Source of the DNA: Bdellovibrionota bacterium
GTDB lineage: Bacteria; Bdellovibrionota_C; UBA2361; JBGSMV01
Assembly: GCA_041739995.1 (NCBI GenBank)
Contig: JBGSMV010000042.1
Span: forward strand, 1-64,000
Direction: 5' to 3'
Length of the DNA stretch: 64,000 nucleotides
Below, piece after piece: positions 26,461-36,719 of the stretch. The position numbers were made by a program, and so were the translations under genes. Numbering within the stretch: position 1 is the stretch's first letter; each line of letters starts with the position of its first letter. The notes beneath the pieces are model-generated. The model was given only the letters and a program-made list of their open reading frames with translations, was not told the DNA's origin and did no database searches.

Positions 26461-27927
26461 ATGAGCGAACAGTATTTCTCCATAGATAAAATCCTAGCGC
26501 TGTCGACTCTGCCTCCGCAGAGTCGCGTGCATGTCATTGGCGTCAGCGGGGTCGCGATGGCGCAGATCGCGCTCGCGCTAAGTCGAAAGGGATTCCGGGT
26601 TTCTGGTAGCGACGCTGAGTTTTACGAGCCGATGGGAGGGCTGTTGCGTGCGTCGTCCATTGAGCTTTGCCAGGGCTATCGGGCTGAGAATGTCTCAAAA
26701 GACATTGCCTTGGTGGTGATTGGAAATGCGGTTGGGCGTGAGCATGTCGAAGTAGTTCAGGCGCAGACACTACAAATCCCTTATACGATTTTTCCTGCGT
26801 TGCTAGCCGATCTTTGCATTGGAGACCGCTATTCCATTGTGGTGAGTGGCACTCATGGCAAAACGACCACTAGTGCCATGGGCGCCTTTGCTCTGGAGTC
26901 GATGGGACTGTCGCCTTCGTTCTTTGTGGGTGGAGAGGTCTACGACCTTGAGCGTGGGCTCCAATGTGGTGAAGGAAAGTGGAGCATTGTCGAAGGGGAC
27001 GAGTACGACAGCGCCTTTTTCGCTAAGGTGCCTAAATTCAATTTCTATCGCCCGCATGCCGTTCAGCTTACTTCAATCGAGTTCGATCACGCAGATATCT
27101 ACCCCGACATTGCAGCCATTGATGCTGCTTTTGATACGTTGATAGCGCAACTGGGCACCAGTGGGCTGCTCGTGGCCTGCATTGAAGATGACGGAGTTCG
27201 ACGCTTACTTGAGCGTTGGCGCGGCAGAGGCCCGAGAGTCTGTACCTACGGGACCAGCGAGCTTGCTGATGTGCGTGTAATCGAGAAGGAATCCCATGCC
27301 GGCCACCAGCGCATTGCGGTGGCCTTGGCGAACGAGAAGGTTTTAGAGATTGAGCTTAAATTGCCGGGGCTGCATAACGCCCTAAATGCTGCCGGCTTGC
27401 TCGGAATAATGTGGCAGTCCGGGCTTGATGTTGAGCGGGCAGTAGAGGCGCTCGGGAAGTTTCGAGGAGTAAAACGTCGCCAGCAGGTGCGTTTTGATGC
27501 AGCGGTGACTCTTATTGAAGACTTTGCTCATCATCCAACAGCCGTACAGCAGACCATAGCGGCAATTCGATCCTGGTATCCAAATCGTCGTTTGTGGGCA
27601 GTTTTCGAGCCGCGCTCCAACACGAGTCGACGCAAGGTTTTTCAAACTGATTATGAGCGTGCTTTTGATCAGGCTGACAGAGTGTTGCTGTGTGGAGTAA
27701 CGGCGCGGGAGCGAGATGCTCGTGACGACCTGATGGATACTCAGCAGCTTAGTGAGGCGATTAACGCCCGTGGTAAGCCATGCGAAGCACTCGCTACTGC
27801 GCAGCTGTTGGGAGAGAAGCTTCAGAAGGAAGTGTTGGCTGGCGATGTGGTGTTAGTGATGTCGAACGGCGGTTTTGGTGGATTGCCGGCGCTACTGGAG
27901 CAAGATTTCATACTGCGCTTCGGATGA
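26461..27927 (+). CDS. mpl: Murein peptide ligase (UDP-MurNAc:tripeptide ligase)
   Basis: GTHGKTTT, EGDEYDSAFF, EFDHADIY, DFAHHPTA, FEPRSNT, MSNGGFGG. Confidence 0.92.
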   Translation: MSEQYFSIDKILALSTLPPQSRVHVIGVSGVAMAQIALALSRKGFRVSGSDAEFYEPMGGLLRASSIELCQGYRAENVSKDIALVVIGNAVGREHVEVVQAQTLQIPYTIFPALLADLCIGDRYSIVVSGTHGKTTTSAMGAFALESMGLSPSFFVGGEVYDLERGLQCGEGKWSIVEGDEYDSAFFAKVPKFNFYRPHAVQLTSIEFDHADIYPDIAAIDAAFDTLIAQLGTSGLLVACIEDDGVRRLLERWRGRGPRVCTYGTSELADVRVIEKESHAGHQRIAVALANEKVLEIELKLPGLHNALNAAGLLGIMWQSGLDVERAVEALGKFRGVKRRQQVRFDAAVTLIEDFAHHPTAVQQTIAAIRSWYPNRRLWAVFEPRSNTSRRKVFQTDYERAFDQADRVLLCGVTARERDARDDLMDTQQLSEAINARGKPCEALATAQLLGEKLQKEVLAGDVVLVMSNGGFGGLPALLEQDFILRFG

Positions 27928-28135
27928 GTTGTGAGAATTCATTCCTTAGGTTGACTCGAATCAAAAGCGCATCTTCGTCTCCGCCCACTCTGGGGTCTCC
28001 GCGTAAATAAAAATTAACCAGAAGGCGTGAAGAGTCTGAGAACCTAGTCAAAGGAATTGCGATGCTTTAGTGGATGAATGTGCTTTTTGGTTAACAGTCT
28101 TATCTTGCACCAAGAATATAGCTCGGAAGTAGCCA

Positions 28136-30367
28136 TCACAGCATTTCTTGCGGGTCAATATCGAAGATGACGCGCACCTGCTTTGATTTCTTGCGCCTGA
28201 GTTGCAAGGTACGAACTACAAAATTAATTTCCTTTGGGGACGAGCTTTTCACCAACAGGTGCCAGCGCCACAGCGTCTTGATCTTCTCGATTGGTGCGGC
28301 GCAGGGTCCAAGCACGGAGCACTTTATGCCGTGCGACTCGCGCAGATCGTCTAGCTCACGAGCAAACTGTTCAAGCGTTGCGCCGCCAAGCGATTTTTCA
28401 GCGCTACTGGCTACGATTCTGAGCATTCGCGAAAACGGTGGGTAACGCAGCATCTTGCGGGTTTCGAGCTCAGCAAGCGCAAATGATCGGTAGTCATGTG
28501 CTTCGGTCGAAACAATGCTTGGATGTTTTGGCACACGGGTCTGGAGAATTACCTGACCGGCCTTATCCGCGCGGCCACTTCGCCCAGAGGCTTGAGTGAG
28601 CAATTGGAAGACGCGCTCGGCCGCACGGAAGTCTGGCATATGAAGCCCCACGTCGCAGTCAACGACACCGACTAGTGTGACGCCCGGAAGATCGTGGCCT
28701 TTGGCGATCATTTGAGTGCCGACCAACACACTAGTTTCTCCAGACCGCATCCGATCAAGGATGCGCCGGTATTGGTCGCCATCGGTCACCGCGTCGCGGT
28801 CGAGTCGATCCATGGAAACGTCAGGAAAGAGTTCGCGCAGCTCATCATAAATGCGCTCAGTGCCTGAGCCGCGCTGCAGCAAGTTCGCGGGAAGCGCAGA
28901 ACTCTTCGTTGAGAGACTCTCACACTCTCGACAGGTCGAGGGCGGCACGGCATGGGTGCCGCAGTAGTGACAGACCAGGGAGTGGTTGTTTTTGTGGTAG
29001 GTAAACGTGACGCTGCAGTTCGGACATTTAACTACTTCCTCGCAACGCTCGCATTGTAGGTAGCTGGCAAATCCACGTCGATTGTAAAGAATAAAGGTCT
29101 GATTTCCGGCGGCAATAGTGCTCGCCAGCGCGTCGTAGAGTTTTGGTGAAACGCTACGCGATTTCATCTCCCAGGGTTTTACGTGATTGAGATCTACCAC
29201 TTCTATAGTTGGTGGAAGGGTCGTGCCGGGCCGCGAGGACAATCGCAGATATCCATACTTTTTGTTCGCCACATTGGAGAACGTTTCAAGCGAAGGAGTT
29301 GCGGTGCCAAGAATCACCGGGCATGAATTCATCTTTGCTCTTACCAGAGCAAGGTCTCGGGCATGATAGCGTAAGCCTTCTTGCTGTTTGTATGAGCTGT
29401 CGTGTTCTTCATCGACAATAATCAAACCAAGATTATGCAGGGGGGCAAAGACTGCGGAGCGTGCGCCGATGCCGATGTGGCAGCGCCCTTCGAGTAGTGC
29501 GCGCCAACCGTCCCAGCGAACGCGCGGATGTAAGCCACTGTGGAGTACGGCAAGTTCAGTTCCGAGTCTTGCGCGAAATCTATCGATCAATTGTGGCGTG
29601 AGTGCGATTTCTGGGACAATCACCAGTACGCTGCGTCCTGTTGCGACGACTTCGCGAGCCGCCTCGATGTACACTTCGGTTTTTCCACTTCCTGTGACGC
29701 CATCAAGTAGGAATGGACTGTATTTGCCCGAGGTAAACGCGCTGCGTACTTCATTAAGCGCAGCCTGTTGTGCTTCGGAGAGCGTGACCTCTGTTTTGGC
29801 CCAAGAGGGAACTTCGACTGATAGAAGGTGTTGGTCCAGAATCTCTTGTTCTCGCATGGTCACGAGTCCTCGCTCGACGAGTCGCTTCACGGCAGGTCGT
29901 GCGCCTTTGATGCGGGCTGCAAGGATTCGAAGGCTGATCGGCTCGGGTTGAGCTTGGAGTACAGAAAGAATTTGCTGTTCAACTTTTCCTGGCTTGCGAT
30001 CTGGTGTGAGGTCTTGTGCAACCAGGGAGAGGTAGTGTTCGAACTTTTGAGGGACCGGTGGGGGGATTGCCGTTTCTATTACTGAAGAAAGCGACTCTGC
30101 ATAGTAGTCTGCAACCCACTGGAAGAACTCTAGCTGACTTTTCAGGAAGAGCGGATGAACACGACGGATGCGAGAGATAGGTTTTAGCTCGAACTTCGTG
30201 GAGACCTCGTGACCGTCTGGCAGAGGAACGACATAGCCAACCACGGAGCGCGATCCAAGCGGAACTTCAACCTCGCATCCGACTTGAATGTGAGCGGCGA
30301 GTCTTTCAGGAAGTAGATATGTGTAGGGTGACGGAAGTGGAGGTATAACGACGTTTACGACTTCCAT
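28136..30367 (-). CDS. priA: Primosomal protein N' (replication restart helicase)
   Basis: GVTGSGKTEVY, DEEH, NRRG, Cys-rich zinc knuckles, GTQMIAKGHD. Confidence 0.97.
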   Translation of the reverse strand: MEVVNVVIPPLPSPYTYLLPERLAAHIQVGCEVEVPLGSRSVVGYVVPLPDGHEVSTKFELKPISRIRRVHPLFLKSQLEFFQWVADYYAESLSSVIETAIPPPVPQKFEHYLSLVAQDLTPDRKPGKVEQQILSVLQAQPEPISLRILAARIKGARPAVKRLVERGLVTMREQEILDQHLLSVEVPSWAKTEVTLSEAQQAALNEVRSAFTSGKYSPFLLDGVTGSGKTEVYIEAAREVVATGRSVLVIVPEIALTPQLIDRFRARLGTELAVLHSGLHPRVRWDGWRALLEGRCHIGIGARSAVFAPLHNLGLIIVDEEHDSSYKQQEGLRYHARDLALVRAKMNSCPVILGTATPSLETFSNVANKKYGYLRLSSRPGTTLPPTIEVVDLNHVKPWEMKSRSVSPKLYDALASTIAAGNQTFILYNRRGFASYLQCERCEEVVKCPNCSVTFTYHKNNHSLVCHYCGTHAVPPSTCRECESLSTKSSALPANLLQRGSGTERIYDELRELFPDVSMDRLDRDAVTDGDQYRRILDRMRSGETSVLVGTQMIAKGHDLPGVTLVGVVDCDVGLHMPDFRAAERVFQLLTQASGRSGRADKAGQVILQTRVPKHPSIVSTEAHDYRSFALAELETRKMLRYPPFSRMLRIVASSAEKSLGGATLEQFARELDDLRESHGIKCSVLGPCAAPIEKIKTLWRWHLLVKSSSPKEINFVVRTLQLRRKKSKQVRVIFDIDPQEML

Positions 30368-30892
30368 GGTGCTCAAAAAAATACTGCGCTCAAACGGACC
30401 GGTGACCTAGCTGAGCCTGAAACCAGGCATCCTGGTGCGTTTCAGCTCTAATCGCAACAATCCTGCCAGTAAGTCCCCAGCCCCCTAAATGCCTAGCCTA
30501 GCCAGCGTCCTGAGTTAGAAGTTCGTATAAGTATTCCTCTCGCTGCTCTCCTTGTGTAATGCATTAAATATATTCACAAAGAGATCAGCGAGCGCAGCAA
30601 GAATTATTCGTTGATTTCTTAACCCGGAACAGCAAGAGGCGAGAGGAAACCGGGAGTGCGGGTCTTCAACTCGCTCAGAGCGACGGAGCCACATTAACTC
30701 TCAAAGAAATATTAATGTGGTTGAGGATTGAATTGTCGCAACCTGTCACGATGAAAATCAATCCTTACTAAGGGCTAGTAATACTTGATACAGTGAGTCG
30801 GTGGTCGCCGAGCAGGAGAAGTCATTCGCTGAAACTTTTTCTCAGGGTAGTAATCTAGGCGTAGTTATCTCTTTGGTCAGCATTTCGTAGGA

Positions 30893-31999
30893 TTGCGCGT
30901 GTTTAAGAGGCTTTTTGGAAGATCCGAGTCCTTGCTGGCGATCGACATTGGAGCAACCTCCATTAAGCTGGCAGAGTTGGAACTGGGAGGCGCGAGTCCA
31001 AGGCTCTTAAGTGTGGCCGTTTCACCACTTCCGCCAGGTGTAATTTCAAACAACGTAATAGAAAACACCGAAATAGTGGCAGAGCAGATTGGCGCTATGC
31101 TCGAAGCTAATAATATTGAAGATAAACGGGTAGTTACCTGCGTTCCCGGTCCAAGTGTATTCACCAAGCGCATCAAGATGCCCAAGTCCAGTGAGTCCGA
31201 GCTGGCTGCAGCTATTCAGCTCGAAGCAGGAAATTTTATTCCGCACAGTCTGGACGCCGTCAGGTTGGATTACCAAGTAATGCGCGCCTTTGGCAAAAAC
31301 CAGGTCGAAGTGTTGGTCGTAGCGGTGAAGGACGAAATTCTAGACAACTACGTTGAGGCGATTGCGCTTGCGGGGCTTGAAGTGGCGGTTGTGGAGGTTG
31401 ACTACTTCGCGCTGCAGAATATTTTTGAGCTGTCATACCCCGAGCTCGTTTCTAAGACCGTGGCTTGCGTCAACCTTGGGCGTCGTTTCTCAAGCATCAC
31501 CGTTTGTCGCGATGGAGAGTCCCTTTTCACCGGAGACATTAGTGCAGGTGGACGAGTATTTGATGAGGCGTTGGCATCGCAGCTTTCGCTGTCTCCTGAG
31601 CAGATTGAGGCCTTTCGACTAGTAGAGGGCAACAAGGCACCCCCCGGGATTGATCAGCAGGCGCTTGATGGTGCCATCTCGGGCGTGGTTGAGGAGCTTG
31701 CGGTAGAGTTAAATCGTCAGCTTAGTTTTTTCTGGAATGCCTCCGGCGCGGATGAGGGCATCGATCAGATCTTTCTTTCTGGTGGTGTGACCAAATTGAA
31801 CGGGCTGGTTGAAAGCGTAAAAATTCATACGGGCATAGGCGTTGAGATATTGGATCCATTTAGACATATCGAAGCGGGAGATGATTTCGATCGAGATCAC
31901 CTAGCAGAAATTGGGCCCGCCGTGACAGTTGCCTTGGGCATGGCGTTGAGAGAGCCAGGGGATAAGGGCGAGAGTGACGCGCTTGGTGATGAGGATTAA
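30893..31999 (+). CDS. pilM: Type IV pilus assembly protein PilM
   Basis: AIDIGATSIK actin-like fold, LSGG, GMALR; heads the pilN-pilO-pilQ operon. Confidence 0.93.
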   Translation: MRVFKRLFGRSESLLAIDIGATSIKLAELELGGASPRLLSVAVSPLPPGVISNNVIENTEIVAEQIGAMLEANNIEDKRVVTCVPGPSVFTKRIKMPKSSESELAAAIQLEAGNFIPHSLDAVRLDYQVMRAFGKNQVEVLVVAVKDEILDNYVEAIALAGLEVAVVEVDYFALQNIFELSYPELVSKTVACVNLGRRFSSITVCRDGESLFTGDISAGGRVFDEALASQLSLSPEQIEAFRLVEGNKAPPGIDQQALDGAISGVVEELAVELNRQLSFFWNASGADEGIDQIFLSGGVTKLNGLVESVKIHTGIGVEILDPFRHIEAGDDFDRDHLAEIGPAVTVALGMALREPGDKGESDALGDED

Positions 32000-32088
32000 C
32001 GGACACGGGGAACCGGTTGGCTCGCTAAGCGCGAGCAGTGACTTGAATATTTCGCGAGATTCTTGACTCGCTGGACAGAGAGGCCGCT

Positions 32089-32721
32089 ATGATTCGAATT
32101 AACCTACTCGGCGATGACGCAAAGGTCGATCACTCACACAATGGTTTCATTGCGGGATTTGCAGGTTCCATGGTCGCACTTGTTATCCTGTGCTTTTACC
32201 TCAGCTTAACCATTGGCGATGAAGTATCCCATCTGACAGCAAAACGTCAGCTGCTCGATCGTGATTTACGGTTGCTCAAGGAAACCACCGCGGAGGTGCA
32301 AGACCTCGAGAAACATCGAGCTGAGCTCAAGGAAAAACTCACCGTGATAGCGCTTCTGCGTAAGAGTAAGCGCGGACCGGCGCGTGTGCTTGACGAGATT
32401 AACAATGCGGTTCCGCCGCGAGTGTGGCTTACCGATATTCAGGAGAAAGGCGGAGAGATGCGCATTGTGGGAAAGGCGCTTGACCCTATCGCTATAACTG
32501 ATTTTTCGACGAAGTTGCGCGAATCTGAGTTTATGCCGCAGGTTCGGCTTGAAAAGTTTGATGCCGCCAATTGGCGTAATGCAGAGTTGAGAGAATTTTC
32601 ATTAAAGCTTCGAGTTAATTACGCCGGAAGAATACTCCCTAAGGAGTCGGCCGGTGTGCCTGGCCAGACTCCCGAACAGGCAACGAAAGTTTCCGATGCG
32701 GCCGAGAGCGCGAATTCCTAA
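32089..32721 (+). CDS. pilN: Type IV pilus assembly protein PilN
   Basis: MIRINLL motif, TM, coiled coil, P..VWLT. Confidence 0.92.
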   Translation: MIRINLLGDDAKVDHSHNGFIAGFAGSMVALVILCFYLSLTIGDEVSHLTAKRQLLDRDLRLLKETTAEVQDLEKHRAELKEKLTVIALLRKSKRGPARVLDEINNAVPPRVWLTDIQEKGGEMRIVGKALDPIAITDFSTKLRESEFMPQVRLEKFDAANWRNAELREFSLKLRVNYAGRILPKESAGVPGQTPEQATKVSDAAESANS

Positions 32722-32732
32722 AGGGCAACAGT

Positions 32733-33368
32733 ATGCATCCGAAGATTGAGAGATTTCTTGAACGCCCCTGGAGCCACAAGCTAGCACTCTGGGCGGTGAG
32801 CCTAGCCCTGGTGTTCGGTGGGTTTTGGAATTTTCTCTACAGTGGGCGAGTGGAGGAGCGAGATGAGCTGACCCAGCACATCGATAGAACCAATTCAGAG
32901 ATAGTTCTCGCTCGTCGTCAAGCGCGAGAGCTGCCTAGACTCCGGGAGGAAATTCAGTCGCTGGATCTGAAGCTTGAGGGGGTGCTTAAGCAACTCCCGG
33001 ACAAGCAAGAGATTGAAAAGCTACTTGTCTCTTTGGAGCGTAAAGCCAATGAATCTGGCCTCGAAGGTGTTTCTTCGTTCCGCGATATGGGCGAGCAGTT
33101 TAAGGACTTTTACGCCGAGATACCGATCCCGATTGAGTTCGAAGGCAGCTATCACGAGATCGCCACTTTTTTTGATGAAGTCGGCCGACTGCCTAGAATT
33201 GTAAACGTTACCGATATTTCTCTCTCAGAACCGTTTGTTTCTGAAGAGGGCGTCTCTCTTCGGGTTAAGTGTAAGCTTGTAACCTATCGCTACCTAACTG
33301 AAGCAGAACGCTTACAAGCAGCAGAGGCGGAGAAGCAGAAAGCAACCACGAAGAAGCGTCGTCGTTAA
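32733..33368 (+). CDS. pilO: Type IV pilus assembly protein PilO
   Basis: QLPDKQEI, FYAEIPI, GSYHEIATFFDEVGRLPRIVNV, TYRY. Confidence 0.93.
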   Translation: MHPKIERFLERPWSHKLALWAVSLALVFGGFWNFLYSGRVEERDELTQHIDRTNSEIVLARRQARELPRLREEIQSLDLKLEGVLKQLPDKQEIEKLLVSLERKANESGLEGVSSFRDMGEQFKDFYAEIPIPIEFEGSYHEIATFFDEVGRLPRIVNVTDISLSEPFVSEEGVSLRVKCKLVTYRYLTEAERLQAAEAEKQKATTKKRRR

Positions 33369-33850
33369 AGCACCGTCTTGGATTCATTCTCGTTGCAAAA
33401 TCTCAGTCAGCCATGAAATTTAGTCCGGGTCTCTGAGCTCTTCATCAGCACAATTCGCCAAGTTCATTGAAGCACTTGAAATCAAAACTAAGTTTGTTCA
33501 ACTCGCAACACTTCTTAGAACAATGTTATCTCAAAACGAGAATCTCTTCCTAGGGTTTGGCGCATCAATCTAGCGGTAAGTATGAGGAGCGCTGCGAGCT
33601 AGGCACTCGAGCGCGGAGAAATCGTACGGTTAGTTTTGTTACTTCAGAGATACGTTATTGACAGAGAAGGGGCGCTCCCATTTACTGAAGGGCAGCTTCT
33701 AGGGGTGCTCGAGGATCCTGGCTACGAGGGATGCGTTAGGGAAAAAGGAAGATCGCGATCTGGTGGGAATCGGTGATCGCAATTCCGAGTTTGCAGTGAC
33801 TACTTTTTTCTAGTGCAGCGATTCTTTTTTGTGGGGTTGGCTTCGACAAT

Positions 33851-33892
33851 GGATTTTCAGGGTAGGGATTTTCAGAGTAGGGATTTTCAGGG
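33851..33892 (+). repeat. 15-bp tandem repeat (GGATTTTCAGRGTAG, about 2.8 copies)
   Basis: Copies at 33851, 33866 and partial at 33881, upstream of the probable pilQ start. Confidence 0.85.
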
Positions 33893-34040
33893 AACGGTTC
33901 TTTTGGGAACAAATCAAAGTCATAGAGATACAGGGAGAAGTCGCATGGAACAGCGCGAGTTTCTCGCATATCCGAGCCTTTCTTCTGACAGGTCCGCGGT
34001 TATGTCGAACAGTATCAAGGCGATTAGTGGAGAGGGGTTA

Positions 34041-36671
34041 ATGGGCAAGTTTTTACGCATAGTTGCAGCGGTTTCTTGTGTCGGTTTGATGGCAGCGTGT
34101 TCGGGTTCGCCCTCACGAATCACGCCGGATACCAACAATTCGAGTCTTCCCGCTCTGGGCGAGGCTTCGTCTCCTGGCGATGTTGCAGCGAACGATTCCG
34201 CTGTTAGTGATTCCATTGGCAGTGATTCAATTGGCAGTGATTACTCTGAGTATGCGGCTTCTGGCTCGACCGAAGTTCCAGCGAACATACAAGTATCGAC
34301 CAGAATGTTGCGTGCGCCCACTACTTCTGAGTTGGGTGTCGAATTGGTAGATGGTAGTGGTTTCAATAAAATCGTTGTACGTCGCGGTGCGTCGTCTCAA
34401 GCGATGTCCGACACTGAATCCCGCCCATTCAAATTTGAAGTGAGCCGTCTAGAGAATCCACCACGCTTAGTGGTCGATGTGCTTGGCTATTCGAATCAAA
34501 ATCCCCAAAGTTTTGTGACCGCGGATTCTGATCTCGTAGAGCGCGTTCGAATTGGCGCGCACCCCGAGAAGAGTCGTTTCGTTCTTGACCTCGTTGAGGG
34601 TCAGGAAATTGAGCATCGCGTCGAAGGAATTCGACAAGGTGCTGAGGTCATGGGCCGCTCCTCTGGCGAAGAGCTGGTAGTGACTATTGCGCGCCCAAAT
34701 ACCATGCAGGTTGCCTTGGCAGCAGATGCTCTCCAAACCGGTGGAACGAATGATTTCACCTCTCCATCTGAGCCAGACGTGCGCGCTTCATTCGGGGAAG
34801 ATGTCGAGACTGCAGAAGTCGTGGTCGCCAAGGAGACCATCGAGACTTCACCTGCGGCGTTACCAGAGGTTGCGGTAGCGGAAGTAGGAACCGTTGAAGT
34901 TGCCGAAGTAGAAAACATTGAGCGACCGCGAATCGTGGCTTTGTCGCTTGAGCCCGTAGCTCCAGGCGAGAACATGATAGTTGCTCAGATCTCCGGAAAC
35001 CCCATGTTCGACCTGAAGAGAACGGCCCCTTCAGAGTATGTTCTTTCAGTTGATGGAGCTGAAGTAGATGCCTCGGCCATGAACACTTTGGTGGCGGTTC
35101 CTGGAGCCGGACAAATTCGAACGGTGCGCCCGGTAGTTGCGGGCAATGATGTGCTGCTTCGAATATTCGCAGAGCCCACGGCAGTTCTTACCTCTCGTGC
35201 TGCTAATGGCCGGATAGTGATTCTAACCCGCAGTGATTCGCCCGATGCGCGCGCTCAGATGGACCCAACTGCTGCTGAAGCCGGGGCTTCGACGAGTGAA
35301 GAAGTGAAGGTGAGCGCAGAGAGCTCTGGACCAAGCGAGCTGGACGTTGGTGTGGCCGCGTTACTCGGCGACCAGCCCATGTACACTGGTCGACTCATTT
35401 CACTCGATCTTCAAGACACTGACATCGACAACGCGTTGCGAATTATCGCAGAGGTTTCCAACCTGAACATTATTGCGAGTGACGATGTTACCGGAAAGGT
35501 AACGCTGCGTTTGATTGATGTTCCTTGGGACCAGGCTCTTGATGTCATTCTAAAGACCAACGGTCTCGACAAAGTCCAAGAAGGAAACGTGGTGCGTATC
35601 GCTCCGGTTGAGAAGCTCCGACTCGAGCGCGAAGCTCTCAAACAGGCGCAGCAGGCTGAAGAAGAGCTTGAGCCACTTCAGGTGCGATATATCAGAGTAA
35701 GTTACGCCAAAGCGTCTGACTTGCGTCCTCTAATTGAGTCCGTAGTGTCTGAGCGTGGATCGGTAGCCTACGACGAGCGTACCAATCAGCTAATTATCAA
35801 AGACATCCGCAAGGGCGTGAAGAACGTCGTGGAATTGGTTTCTAAGCTTGATTTAAGAACCCCGCAGATTTTGCTTGAAACCCAAATCGTAGAAGCGAAT
35901 AGAAATCTTCTTCGAGCGCTTGGCACGAACCTGGGGTTCAAGTCTATTCAGTCCCCAGAAACTGGAAACGCGACAGGGTCTAACTTTCCGAACTCAATTG
36001 CGGTCGGAGGGGCTTCGACATTTCCTGCCACAGCGGTTGATCCTACTCTAGGAGGAGCGTCGCTCGCACTATTGCTAGACAGCGCTGATGGGACCAAGTC
36101 TCTTTCCATCCGACTGAATGCTCTTGAACAAGAGGGGCGGGTAAGAATTGTAAGTCGTCCCGCAGTGGCGACTACCAACAACACGCCAGCGATCATTAGG
36201 TCAGTTGAGAAAATTCGTGTGAAGACACCAAGTGGTGGAACCGTAGTTGGGGTTGGACAAGGCTCAACTCCGTCAAGCGGTGGTTCCACGGCTACTGAGA
36301 GCATCGAGATTGGTATCATTCTCGAAGTTGTTCCCCAAGCGTCACCGGATTACTTCGTATTGCTCGATCTAAATGCCAAGTCGAGCACTTTCGGCTCTCA
36401 AGTCGTCGATGGTATTCCTTCTGAAATTGAGCGTAGCGCTACCTCTTCTGTGCTGGTTTCGTCGGGACAGACTTTCGCGATGGGAGGAATTTACCGAATT
36501 ATCGATAGTGATACGGTAACAGGCGTGCCTTTCCTTAAAGACCTTCCTGTATTTGGACACCTCTTTAGAACGATTCAAACTGACAACAGAGATGAAGAGC
36601 TAATCTTCTTCGTTACACCGCGAATCATCGAAGGAAGTTTTGATGATGCGGCAATGAAGGTAGCGCTCTAA
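34041..36671 (+). CDS. pilQ: Type IV pilus secretin PilQ (AMIN domains, lipoprotein signal)
   Basis: YTGRLISLDLQD, VPWDQALD, DERTNQLII, GVPFLKDLPVFGHLF, ELIFFVTPRII; start moved to ATG 34041 (GGAGAGGGG RBS, lipobox LMAAC). Confidence 0.95.
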   Translation: MGKFLRIVAAVSCVGLMAACSGSPSRITPDTNNSSLPALGEASSPGDVAANDSAVSDSIGSDSIGSDYSEYAASGSTEVPANIQVSTRMLRAPTTSELGVELVDGSGFNKIVVRRGASSQAMSDTESRPFKFEVSRLENPPRLVVDVLGYSNQNPQSFVTADSDLVERVRIGAHPEKSRFVLDLVEGQEIEHRVEGIRQGAEVMGRSSGEELVVTIARPNTMQVALAADALQTGGTNDFTSPSEPDVRASFGEDVETAEVVVAKETIETSPAALPEVAVAEVGTVEVAEVENIERPRIVALSLEPVAPGENMIVAQISGNPMFDLKRTAPSEYVLSVDGAEVDASAMNTLVAVPGAGQIRTVRPVVAGNDVLLRIFAEPTAVLTSRAANGRIVILTRSDSPDARAQMDPTAAEAGASTSEEVKVSAESSGPSELDVGVAALLGDQPMYTGRLISLDLQDTDIDNALRIIAEVSNLNIIASDDVTGKVTLRLIDVPWDQALDVILKTNGLDKVQEGNVVRIAPVEKLRLEREALKQAQQAEEELEPLQVRYIRVSYAKASDLRPLIESVVSERGSVAYDERTNQLIIKDIRKGVKNVVELVSKLDLRTPQILLETQIVEANRNLLRALGTNLGFKSIQSPETGNATGSNFPNSIAVGGASTFPATAVDPTLGGASLALLLDSADGTKSLSIRLNALEQEGRVRIVSRPAVATTNNTPAIIRSVEKIRVKTPSGGTVVGVGQGSTPSSGGSTATESIEIGIILEVVPQASPDYFVLLDLNAKSSTFGSQVVDGIPSEIERSATSSVLVSSGQTFAMGGIYRIIDSDTVTGVPFLKDLPVFGHLFRTIQTDNRDEELIFFVTPRIIEGSFDDAAMKVAL

Positions 36672-36719
36672 GAGTTGGATATAGAGAATTTCTAATAATC
36701 GGATTTCGAGGAGAATAGT

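Noticed and set aside
33603..33776. Possible pilP remnant (frame reading ...GQLLGVLEDPGYEG...)
   Set aside because: Under 60 codons, no convincing start or lipobox, no RDPF motif; resemblance too weak.
33813..34040. N-terminal extension of PilQ in the ORF track
   Set aside because: Runs through a tandem repeat; the RBS and lipoprotein signal point to ATG 34041. Similar over-long starts were trimmed for accB, cpaB, ppk2 and others.
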